NCBI RefSeq assembly: GCF_009914755.1
Contig: NC_060932.1
Length of the DNA: 64,000 bases
Source of the DNA: the human T2T-CHM13v2.0 reference genome, Homo sapiens
Direction: 5' to 3' (one strand)
Position numbers and translations under genes: made by a program
Part shown: piece by piece, positions 1-12,067 of the stretch
Position numbering within the stretch: the first letter of the stretch is position 1
Layout: every line of letters starts with the position of its first letter
The notes under the pieces: model-generated
Databases searched by the model: none
What the model saw: the letters and a program-made list of their open reading frames with translations, nothing else
What the model was told of the DNA's origin: nothing

Positions 1-480
1 TTCCCACTCAGGATAAAGCTACAAATGAAACCTCCAAAGCACATAAGAAAAAATTTGTAAGAGACAGCCAACAAATGCAACAATCATGATATAAATTTAC
101 TGCTCTCAAAATCCAAGTAGAACAAACCAAAAATAACTTTAAATAAGTATAGGTAATACTCTTAATGGTAACAAAGAAGAATAAAAATATGATTAAAATA
201 GAGAGTTATAATTAAGAACAGATGGATATGAAAAATATAAAAATAGAAATTCTGAAAGTAAAAACCAGAATCATTAAAATAAATGGCCCAAACAATAAAA
301 AAGAAAATAAATAAAAAGATAGAAAAAAAAACAAAAAAAATCTTTAAAAGGAAGAAAAAATAACAAAAAAATAAATAAGAAATAAGAAATGGCTAATTAG
401 CCAAGCATGTCTAGACTAGATTCAATAAAATAGAGAATTAAAATTAACATAAAGACAACAAATAATTCAGTGTTAAGTAA
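1..480 (+). mobile_element. Very old L1M ORF1-region fragment / A-rich decayed LINE
   Basis: A-rich plus strand resembling L1M ORF1 (atagaaattctgaaagtaaaaaccagaatcattaaaataaa; ctagactagattcaataaaatagagaatta); highly diverged. Confidence 0.4.
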
Positions 481-739
481 TATTGTCTAGAAAGACTATC
501 AGAGCCCAGAGAAGGGAGAGATCTCTGTGGGTTGAAGTAGCTTCAGGGAGTTTCTGGAAGAGGTTACTTGAACAAGTCCTTAGATGCTCCTAACAGAAAG
601 ACGCCTAAAACTGAATGAATTGCAGGTGTATGTTCCGGAATGCTGCCTGCCATCCCAACCATGGCTTCACAAATCCTTTGCAAAAAAATCCTCTAAGTTC
701 AAAAAAGGAATAAAACTCTTTAAATTAAAAAAGAAAATG

Positions 740-1730
740 CACCGAAGATGGGGAGAAATTTGAACCCTGTGTATTGCTGGTGAGAATGTAAAAAGGTACA
801 GCTGCTATGGAAAACAATATGGCAGTTCCTGAAAAAAATTAAACATCAATCACCACATGATCCAGCAATTCCACTTCTGGGCATACATCCAAAAGAATGT
901 TAAGCATCAACATAAACAGATATTTGCATGCCAGTGTTTATAACAGCATTGTTCACAATAACCAAAAGATGGAAACAACCCAAATGCCCATCAACACATG
1001 ACTGGGTAAACAGCATGTGGTATACATACAAAGGAATATTTCATAAAAGGAAGGAAATTCTGACACATGATATAACATGAATGAACCTTGAAGACACTAT
1101 GTTAAATGAAAGAAAAACAGATACAAAAGAACAAATATTCCACTTATATGAGGTATGTAGAGTAGTCAAATTCATAGAGACATAAACTATAACGATGGCT
1201 GCCTGGGAGTGGGGAGTTGGTGTTTCACGGTACAGAGTTTCAGTTTGGGAAAATGAAAAAGTTCTGGAGGTGAATGGTGGTGATGGTTGCAACACAGTGT
1301 GAATATACTTAATGCCACTGAAAATGTATATTTAAAAATGTACACTGGGCTAGATGCAGTGGCTCACACCTATAATCTCAACAATTTGTAAGGCCAAGGC
1401 AGTAGGATTGCTTGAGGCCAGGAGTTTACAACCAGCCTGGGCAACATAGGAGACCCCCATCTCTACAAAAACAAAATTGTCATAATTAGTCTGGTGTTGT
1501 GGTGTGTTCATGTAGTATTAGCTACTCGGGAGGCTGAGGCTGGAGGCTGCAGTGAGGTATGATTATGCCACTGCACTCCAGCCTGGGTGGCAGAGAAAGA
1601 CACTGCCTCTAAGAAACAAAAGAAAGAAAGAAAAAACGCACACTTAATGTACACTTAAAATGGTTAAAATGGTAAATTTTATGTTATGTATATTGTACCA
1701 CAACTGTGCAAAAAAAAAAAAAAAAAAGAA
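740..1730 (+). mobile_element. L1MB-like 3' end (ORF2 C-terminus, 3'UTR, poly-A), interrupted by an AluJ
   Basis: Typical motifs: gatccagcaattccacttctgggcatacatcc, gaaccttgaagacactatgttaaatgaa, aaaatggttaaaatggtaaattttatgttatgtatatt; A tail at about 1710-1730. Confidence 0.9.
1348..1636 (+). mobile_element. AluJ with internal right-arm deletion
   Basis: ggctagatgcagtggctcacacc...gattgcttgaggccaggagtt (J-type); right arm reads gaggctgaggctggaggctgcagtgag, lacking the usual ~30 nt. Confidence 0.9.
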
Positions 1731-1886
1731 AACAGAAAATGCCCACAAAAAATCACTAGATCACAAATAATTCTAGGTGATGTGTACTGAGCTACCTCCC
1801 TTATCTGCCTCAGTGGTCTTCTGTTCATGAACCTGACTTGCATCTCACTTAAGCCAGCATCAGTAAAACGTTTACTGTTATGATAA

Positions 1887-2245
<359 letters not shown>

Positions 2246-2615
2246 TACAGTGTGGAATCTTAACACCTAGTTATAAGACAACAGGTAGAGTCTTAAAATT
2301 TAATATGATAGTCAACTCTTGTATAATTTTTATTACATATAATGTGTACATATTTATACCTCATATCCTGTACATGCATAGTCTAAAATAAAAATGAAAG
2401 CATATTTTTGGGCAGAAAAATAAAAATAGGTGTGCTGGATATTATACATAAGAGGCAGATTATTCTTTAAAATTGTAACCAGGGCAATTGTGGCACAGCG
2501 AACAGGACTGTCTGGAAGCAGCTCTGAGGGCTTACTCTGAACCACAGCCAGTTGGAACCTGGAACTCTCCCTTCCCCCAAACAGAGGGAGCTGAGGTCAA
2601 GCTCAGCTTCCCACA

Positions 2616-2971
2616 TGCCGTGAACTGGGTGCTGGTGCCCCTCCAAAATTCCTCTGTTGCCATTCTAACCCCCAGGGCAATGGTATTAGGAGGTGAGTCC
2701 TTTGGGAGGGGATTAGGTCATAAAGTGGAACCCTCATGGTTAGAATCGGTGTTCTCATAAGCCGCCAGAGAGCCAGCCAGCCATCTCCCCACTAGGCTAG
2801 GATGCAATAAGAAGGCAGCCATCTGTGAACAAGGAACAGGGCTCTCCCCAGGACTCAACCCTGCTGGTACCCTGATCTTGGACGTGCAGCCTCCAGAACT
2901 CTAAGAAATAAATGTTGGAATCCAGCTCAGCCTATGGTATTCAGTAACAGCAGCCAAAACAGACCAAGATG
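2616..2971 (+). mobile_element. MaLR solo LTR (MLT1A/B-like)
   Basis: cccctccaaaattc...ggtattaggaggtg...gattaggtcat...cctgatcttggac...cctccagaact...aataaatg...agcagccaaaacagaccaaga. Confidence 0.85.
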
Positions 2972-3548
2972 CCAGAGAATCAGTGGCTCCTGTCTGCCAG
3001 CACATGACCTGCTCATTCCCAAGGACACTGCAGACTCCAGTTTCTGGATAGCTAGTAATCCAGACAACCATCACTGGGGAAATTCACAGACCTCAAGCTT
3101 ACCCTCTAAAAACATCAAATAAAAGGGTAAAGCCCCTTCTCTGAAACACAAACCCAGCCTGGAAAACCCACTGGGGGCCCAACTCGTTGTGGGACGACAG
3201 GACACACAGGTCTCTTCTTTTCTTGCTGGGCCTTGGTCTATTCACAAGTCCCTTTCTCCTAATCTGCACCTCGTGACCGTGGAGTTCCTCCCACCCCCAG
3301 TGTGTGATGCTGAGCCGTTTGGACCTTGACTCTCTCCTCTGTCAGTATTACAGGTTGGGTTCAGAGACAAGGAGTGACACTGTGAGAAGAAGTCCTGAGA
3401 GACAGCCACGTCCCTGCTTGCAGATTTGTGAATCTAACACACACTCACTTGGCATTATAATTACACCAGAAATTGATGAGAATACTAATAATCTCAAACT
3501 CCAACATAATTACTGCCGACTCATCTCCTACTTTTCCTTTACTTGCAG

Positions 3549-3655
3549 CAGGCTTAAAATTAAAAATATATTGAAATAAACATACCATGGCTCCTAAGAA
3601 GAAGGGAGAAAGACCACAAAAAAGAGAACATTGACTGTTAATTATAAGCCAAAAA
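3549..3655 (+). pseudogene. Candidate disabled first coding exon (MAPKKKGE...)
   Basis: Acceptor cttttcctttacttgcag|, Kozak accATGg at 3587, MAPKKKGERPQKREH then TGA at 3632, donor aaaaa|gtaaga at 3656; not part of any repeat I recognise. Confidence 0.4.
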
Positions 3656-4514
3656 GTAAGACATGTTTCCATTATTTCTGTTATTAGTTATAACATATAT
3701 GCAGAAAGGCACATAACAGAATAACAGTTTAAAGAACACGGTGTTTCTTTAAACTGTAAATACTGTGTACTATATAATATACAAATTGTAACCTGTAAAT
3801 ATCCAGCTTAAATAATAATTATAAAGCAAATCCCTCTGTAAGTAACACCAGGTCAAGCAATCCTGTGCCAGGGCCCAGAGCTGCCCCTCCCTCCTGTGTC
3901 CTTCCTAGACAACCACTGCTCTCTTCTTTCCCTTTGGTGGTTGCACTCCCACTAATTCTTATGGTAATGGCTTTAGTTTTACCACTTCTGTATATATCTG
4001 TAAATAATGTACTCTGATTTTGCCTAGTGTTGAATGTTATATAAATGGAAACATACCATGTGATTTTTGTGTATGTGCTTGTGTTCCTATGTGTCTTGCT
4101 AGTTTAACATGATATTATGTTTGTACATTCATCCATGTTGCATTCATATGGTTTGTTTATTTCATAACTATTTAAGATTTCGTTGGAGATATGTATGAAT
4201 GAACTTGGTTCTTAGGTATGAGTATGTTGAACTTCAGTAACCAATGAAAAATTATTTTTCATAGTAGTTGCATACATGTTGCCTATCATTCAGTAGTGTA
4301 TGAAGTTGTTGTTTCATAATCTCATCAACACTTGGAATTATCAGTTATTTTAATGTTGCCCATCTGGTGGGTATGTAACGGAATCTTACTGTGGTTTGAA
4401 TCTGCATTTTCCTGATTCCCAATAATTTGGATTTTCTTTTAGTCTCTACAGGTTATTTGCATATCCTCTTTTTTAAAAAATCTATTCAAGCCTTTTGCCC
4501 ATCTTTCCTTTGGC

Positions 4515-4846
4515 TTTTCTTTCTTTTTCCTTTTCTTTTCTTTTCTTTTTTTTCTTTTAATTGAAATGGAGTCTTGCTCTGTCGCCCAGCTGGCGTGCAG
4601 TATCATGATCTCAGCTCACTGCAACCTCTGCCTCCTGGGTTCAAGCAATTCAATTCTTCTGCCTCGGCCTCCCAAGTAGCTGTGATTACAGGTGCCCACA
4701 CCATGCCCAGCTAATTTTTGTATTTTAGTAGAGACAGGGTTTTGCCATATTGGCCAGGCTGGTCTTGAACTCCTGACCTCAAGTGATCTGCCTGCCTTGG
4801 CCTCCCAAAGTGCTGAGATTACAGGAGAGAGTCACCTCACCTAGCC
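4515..4846 (-). mobile_element. AluS (Sx/Sz-like)
   Basis: ctcctgacctcaagtgatctgcctgccttggcctcccaaagtgctg; (T/CT) tail. Confidence 0.93.
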
Positions 4847-5032
4847 TCCTTCGGATTTTCTATCTACTGATTTGCAGGAGCTCATTACATGTTCTTGATA
4901 CAAGAATATATAATGAGAACTTGATACAAGTTCTTTCTCAGATAACATATGTCAAAAATATCTTCTACTGGCTTATCTTTTCAGTCTCTTTAATGGATTC
5001 CTTTGATGAAATTTGCACTGAATTTTTGGATA

Positions 5033-5334
5033 TTTATTTTATTTTATTTTTTGAGACAGGGACTTGCTCTGTCACCCAGGCTGGAGTGCAGTGGCACAAT
5101 CATAGCTCACTGCAGCCTTGAACTCCTGAGCTCAAGGGATACTCCCACCTCGGCCTCCCAAGTAGCTGGGACTGCAAGTGCACACTACTGTGGCTGGCTA
5201 ATTGTTAAATTTTTTGTAGACACAGGGTATTGCTATGTTGCCCAGGCTGGTCTCAAACTCCTAGCCTCAAGCAATTCTCTTGTCTCAGCCTCCCCAAGTG
5301 CTGGGATTACAGATGTGAGCCACCACATCCAGCC
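5033..5334 (-). mobile_element. AluJ
   Basis: catagctcactgcagccttgaactcctgagctcaag; tgctatgttgcccaggctggtctcaaactcc. Confidence 0.93.
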
Positions 5335-6854
5335 TTTTTACCAAGGTAAATTTTATTTACCAATACTTTCCTTTATGGCTAATGGATTTTGTGTCTCTTT
5401 ATGAAATTATTCCCTGTGTCCTGGGTTATGAAGAGTCTCACTTAAGATTATTTTTGACATGTTTTGTTTGCTTTTTTCATTTTGTTGTTTAACCCACCCA
5501 GAATTTATTTTTCGAATATGGTGTGAGTTAGAGTCCACTGGGCTATCCAACTGCCCCAGCATCATTCACTAAAAACAATATTCTTTCCCCACTGCTGTGT
5601 AGTACCAACTCTGTCATATATCAAGTGTCCATAGTGCCTTGGTCTCTTTCTGAGCCCCCAAAGTCTAATTTTTACCCCAAGCCTGGCCCTGCACTGACAC
5701 TTCCCTTACCATTTACCGTGCCTTTATAATGTCCTAACATCTGGTAGGGCCAGTTACACCACCTCCTCTGTTTCTCCATGTGTGTCTTAGCTATTCTTGA
5801 TCTTTGCATTTATTATGAATCTCAGAATCAGCTTGCTGAATTAAAAAAAAAAATTTGGCTATATTTTTATTACAATTACTCAGACTCTGTATCAATATTG
5901 AGTTTTCTGATCCACAACTGTAGCATATCTTCCCTCTGATCTAAGTCACTTTGGACCATATCTCATACTTTTCTGCATGGAGGTCTCCCACATCTGTTGC
6001 TAGATTTATTTAAGTGCCTTCACACTCTTAACACTTTGATATATGACACTCTTTGTTATTTAATTTTCCAACTCTTTAATCTGGTAGAGAGAAAATAATT
6101 GATCTTTAGAAGTGTATTTACTATGCCAGGAACCTTGAAAACATTTTTCTAATGATTATTGTTAGATAAAATGTTCTCTCATAAAGAAACACAATAAAAA
6201 TATATGAATGGCTATATACATAATTTGTTTTTAATATTGATGGAAGGTGCTAGTTTTAACTAGTAAGTCTCCTGATGGTCTAATGTCAAGGCTAATGTGC
6301 TACATTGTTAACCACTTTCACAAAAATGTCAGGTTACATACACATATCACATCTTACATAATTTAATTTTTCTTTATGTGAATGTGGCCTGCTAATCAGC
6401 TTTTTATAATAATGCAGCATTCTTCCCTACCTGGCAACCATATTTCATTTGGAGGATTGGTAGAACAAGCATCGATTGAGAGTCTATGATGAGCCAGGGA
6501 CATCACATGCCTCCTCTCATTTAATTTTAACAACAATCAGATGAGGAAGCAACAATAAGATAAAATACATTTATGGGTAAAGAAATTGAGGTTCAAAGTT
6601 AGAATATAACTTGTTTAATGCCTCAAAGCTAGCAAGTGGCTAGGTAGGATTTCAGCTACTAATAGCCCTAATCCTCTTCCACCATCATGAGCCTCAGAGG
6701 AGAGGGCATGTATCAACTCCTTGGCAGATACTTGGCAGAATATCACAGTGCCCAGCTCCCTGCCCCACCTTCTACATGCACTGCTGCATGTCAGTCTTTC
6801 TATATGAGGTATTAAGGACATGCTAACTTTGAATGGTATTTCAATGTCCTATCC

Positions 6855-6902
<48 letters not shown>

Positions 6903-6905
6903 GAT
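6855..6905 (+). repeat. (AGAT)12 tetranucleotide STR
   Basis: Uninterrupted AGAT run 6855-6902 followed by GATA. Confidence 0.97.
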
Positions 6906-7450
6906 ATATGTTTGACCTTGTTTTAAGCGTAGGTTTCATTATTATTCAGGTATAGTGAGGTCAATAGACCAGGAGATGACTGCCATTGAAAAGATAGTTT
7001 ATTACTCACAGACCGCAAGAGGAAGGGCCTTTTCCCATGGGGTGGGAAAGGGCCACAGGAGGAAGCACCAAGGTGGGCCAGGAGGCAGAGGGAGAGGGAA
7101 ACTGTGGGTAAGAGCCTTTACTGTGGTTTCCAGAGGAAGGAATGAGAGAGGCAGGATAAGCAGGCTCAGGATTGGCTGACTTGAGTAATTTCAGTGGACT
7201 CTGGGGCAAAGAGGCTGTCCTTAGTTGTCTGTTACCTGGCCCTGGGGTGATTAGGACAGGGGAATAGTGGCCATGAGTATAAGAGCTCAATAAAGATGTG
7301 ATTGGGGTGTGGGCTCTGGATTGGTTGGTTTGCATATGAAGGGTGAGCTTGCAGGTGAGTCCTTTACTCTTTCTAGGAATTGGCTACCCTAGGAGGAGCA
7401 GTCCCTCCAGGGTCAGCAAGATTCCAGATGTGTCAAAGCAATACAGCATC
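6905..7450 (-). mobile_element. ERVL solo LTR (MER74-like), copy 1
   Basis: gaaaagatagtttattactcacag...gattggttggtttgcatatgaa...ctccagggtcagcaagattccagatgtgtcaaagca; clearly homologous to 47765-48262. Confidence 0.75.
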
Positions 7451-7479
7451 AGCCAGAAACACAGGATTACTGCAGGCTT

Positions 7480-8001
7480 ATATGCAAAAAGGGTTAGCAT
7501 AGCAGGCCTGATTGCTGTCCTTTGAAAGATCTGCTTATGAGGTTGTCCCTCAGCTGATTTCTGGGAACTTGGATTTTAGGGAGGTCAGGGTTTTCACTGC
7601 CCTAATTAATAAGAGATCACTGTGGACCACTGTACAATGTGGTTTATACTGAATAAATGCTTTCCTTTTAGGAGTCTGAGATTTTGACATGTGCTAGGCA
7701 GCACACAAAAACCTTGGGCACTGAGTGTCTAGTGAGCTTCCCTGGCAGGCAACAGTTTACATGTGTTGTCATAACGCATCATAAAGGGGAATTAAATGCA
7801 TCCCCCATGACTCTATCAGGACAGGATTCCTGGAAGCTCATGCCTGCTTTCCCCAAAATGTTGCCCCATATGCCTTTTCCTTTTGATGATTTTACTTTGA
7901 TCCTTTCACCGTAATCCATTATAGTCACAAGTATCACTGTATATGCTGTAAGTCCTCCTAGTGAGTCAGAACCCAGGGATGATCTGGGAAAGCCCCAACA
8001 C
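7480..8001 (+). mobile_element. ERVL solo LTR (MER68-like)
   Basis: Start tatgcaaaaagggttagcatagcaggcctga...ctgggaacttggattt; end gggaaagccccaacaca. Confidence 0.75.
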
Positions 8002-8038
8002 AGCCAGTATTTCTATCCAGGGAATACTGAAGCACAAT

Positions 8039-8748
<710 letters not shown>

Positions 8749-8899
8749 TAGAATCAGGGTTTTTTAAACAATAGCCACCATTAAATTTTTGACATACGAA
8801 ATAAAGGTTACTCTTCTGACAGGCTAACCCATGAGGGGTCATGTGCTTATTCAGTACATGTTGCCCCCACATCTGTTTTGAAGGCAGGTTTAGCTTTCT

Positions 8900-9330
8900 T
8901 GTGTCAGAGGCAGGGCTCAGTCACCCCCAACATAGTTCTCAGCTCTGCACCACCCAAATGGTCTTAGCCGGTGGTCAGCAATAAGAACACAATGGCACGT
9001 CTTCCACCTAGTGGACTGGCTCCTAGCTTTCCCCACCACTCTCTTTAAAGGCTCCATTTGAGCATTTGCCCATGAACTTACCATGACCCACACCTTGTTC
9101 CCCAGTATACACTGCTAGTTGCCACAGCTTTTTCCTCTGTCTCCCTGCCTGTGCTCCCAGCATGCAGTGTATGTCCCGGGGTCCATAGGTACTGGAAACT
9201 CTTAAACTTTCCTATTACAGTTGTGTCATTCAAGCTATGCCTGCAATCCAATCCCTGCCAGCAAGACCACCCCAAAGGGGCCCATGCAGGTGGATCCCCT
9301 CCTGAGGCTCTTAAAGAGTTTCAATCAAAG
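8900..9330 (+). mobile_element. ERVL solo LTR (MER54/MER73-like)
   Basis: cagggctcagtcaccccc...cccaaatggtcttagccggtggtcagcaataagaac...cccagtatacactgctagttgcc; subfamily uncertain. Confidence 0.55.
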
Positions 9331-9514
9331 CCACCGCATAACATGATGAAGCTGTTGTCCAGCTCTCTGAAGCCTTAGCTTTGATCCTTCATTTAGCAAC
9401 TCAAGGGAGTTCCTTTCATGCCCCTCCTGTCACAGCCTCTTTTGCTCCATCCACACTTTTCTCACATCTCTGGACTTTGTAGAATGTTAGTTGACTTTTA
9501 AATGTTTTTCTGGT

Positions 9515-10215
9515 TCTTTGTCTATTTCTTTTCAGATAACTATATATTCACATGCAGTTCTAAGACATGATACAGAGAGGCCCCTTTTACCCTTTATCCA
9601 GTTTCCCCCACTAGACACATTCTGCAAAACTGTAATACAATATCACAGCCAGTATCTTGACCCTGATAGAATCCACTGATCTTATTCAGATTTCCCCAGT
9701 TTAATTTGGACTCTTTGTGTGTATTAAATCCTACACATTTATATCACCAATATAGGTTTGTATATCCACAATTACCAAACAGTTCAAACTACACAAGGAC
9801 CCCTTGGGTTGTCCTTTTATAACTACATCAATTTCTCTTCCCTGGCAACCATTAATCTGTTCACCATTTGTAAACTGTTATACAGCATGCAACCTCATAC
9901 AGTATGTAATATTTTACATTCAGCATATTTCTCATCCAGGCTGTTTCATGTATCAATACTTTGTGCTTTTCATTGCTAAATAGTATTTCATGGTACAGCT
10001 GGACTACACCATTCACCTATAGAAGGACACCAGGTTCATTCCAATTTGGGCACTTACAAAGAAAGCTCCTTTGAACATTTGTGTGCAGACTTTTGTGTGA
10101 ACATGCATTTTCATATCTCTAGATAACTGCCCAGGAGTACAATTGCTGGGTCACACTGAAGTTGCAGGTGTCATTTGCTGAGAAGGTGCCAAGCTATTTT
10201 TCCAGTGGGAGTGAT
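9515..10215 (-). mobile_element. L1MC-like 3' end
   Basis: aaaactgtaatacaatatcacagccag...cagatttccccagttt...gaacatttgtgtgcagacttttgtgtgaacat. Confidence 0.85.
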
Positions 10216-10399
10216 CCACTTACTTCTCCTATTGATTTTTCATTACCCCAGATTTCCATTTTCACTGCTATGGAGGTAGTTACAAGACACCCAAAACAGT
10301 GTTTCTCCTCTTGAAAACTTTATACCTAAGTGCTTCTAAATGGGTCTAACATAAATATAGAACACAAGATACCATGGCCTCTCCCATGCCATTGCAAAC

Positions 10400-10690
10400 A
10401 CCATCTTCCTATTTCCTCTCTGCCCCCACAAATCCTTGACCATTGCTTCCTACAGGGAACTGTCCAAGACCCCCTAGACCAGGTGAGATGTTTCAACTGT
10501 GCCCCACCTGTCCTCACACAGCATTGCCCCTTCTATTGGAATTACTGGATTAATTGTCTTCTTCACCACACTTCAAATTCTCTGAAAGCAAGGACTGGGA
10601 TATTCTATCTGCTATCTCACTCTCAATGTCTAACTTGGTGCCTACACATAGTGGGTCCTTAATTAATATTTTTGTGGTTGAATGTGCTGC
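10400..10690 (+). mobile_element. L2 3' end fragment
   Basis: tggtgcctacacatagtgggtccttaattaatatttttgtggttgaatg is the L2 terminus. Confidence 0.65.
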
Positions 10691-11407
10691 CTCCAATCTG
10701 AAAATCCCATTCAATATAGTATTCCAGGTATCCCTTGCTAATTAAAGTTGAAAGACTAGGTCAATGAGAAGGCAACACTCGCTAATTGTGAGTGACATGA
10801 ATCAATGTCTTTTAAGTATTTCCAACTAATAAATGTTAATGAATTAATCATTTCATCTAGAAGAGGAAATGGGCTTATTGTGTGCCTTGTTTTGCTTGCT
10901 GTGAGAAAATCAACCCTTTATTATGATTACAGATGCGGACAGAATCTGAATACATTCACACATTGATCTGCAATACTTAGATCTCCACACACTCTCTAAT
11001 AACCTAATTTAACTGCTTGTTAAAAGTCCCTAGAATTAGTAATTTCTAACACAATTGTTGCCTGGATTTTCAAGCCCCATTTTATGTTATTAAGTTCCTT
11101 TTAATGCTAGGAGACATACTCATATTTCCAAAGGAAATAATTCAATATCACCCTAGAGATGTATATAATTGAATGCACAATCTAATTTCTTCCCAGGGAC
11201 TTGGACACTTCTAATTAGTCTGAGTGCCTAAACCCCAGGCCAGTAGTTCATCCAAGGCAAGATCGGGCCAGGCTGCTACCTATGCCTTCCAGAGAGGGCT
11301 GTGTCCTCTGTCTCTCCACTGATCCCAGAAGGTCTCAGATCCCAGTGAGGGTAAGATGAGTTAATAACCACAAAGTACCTAAAAAATGACTGGAAGATAG
11401 TAAGTGT

Positions 11408-11806
11408 GTGTATTCATCTGGGGTCCCCAGAGAACCAGAACCAATAGAATGTGAATATAAACAGGGAGATTAGTTTTAAATAACTGGCTCATGTAATTGT
11501 TGGGCTGAGAAGTCTGAATCTGCAGGATAGACCAGCTGACTGGAGACCTAGGGAAAATTTGATGCTGCAGCTCAAGTGTGGAGGCAGAATTTCCTGTTCC
11601 TCCTGGGACCTCAGTCTTTTCTTTTAAGGCCTTCACCTGATTGGATAAGGCCCATCCACACTATGGAGGGTAATCTACTCAAAGTATACTGATTAAGATG
11701 TTATTCACATCTTTAAAAATACCTTCACAGCAACATGTAGGCTGGTGTTTGACCAAACACTGGATACCATGGCCTAGCCAAGTTAGCATCAAATTAATCC
11801 ACACAC
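11408..11806 (-). mobile_element. MLT2 (MLT2D-like) ERVL solo LTR
   Basis: ccagagaaccagaaccaatag...ctgattggataaggcccatccacactatggagggtaatct...tggcctagccaagttagcatcaaattaatccacaca. Confidence 0.88.
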
Positions 11807-12067
11807 CATGGTATAGGTGTAAGCAAGTGATATCTTTCCTGTGGGATTCTCTGGGCATAAAATTTGCTATAGGTCTCAAAGCCCTAAATTTTTTTTTTTT
11901 GCACTAAGATATCTACATTTGTGGTTAACTGTGTAAATATGTACTATTTGATTTATAAACAGGTTGGGGTGCATACTTTATTAAACTGTATAGCCATCAA
12001 AAGCTTAATTGCTAACACACATCATTGAAATAACTATAGTTCCCTTCTTTTCACTCTTTTTTAAGAC

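Larger units (their letters stand above)
3670..6150 (-). mobile_element. Old L1MC/ME 3' region, interrupted by two Alus
   Basis: Reverse L1 motifs: catatcatccatgttg-like, ctcatcaacacttgg, tactgtggtttgaatctgcattttcctgatt, ccagcatcattcactaaaaac. Confidence 0.8.
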
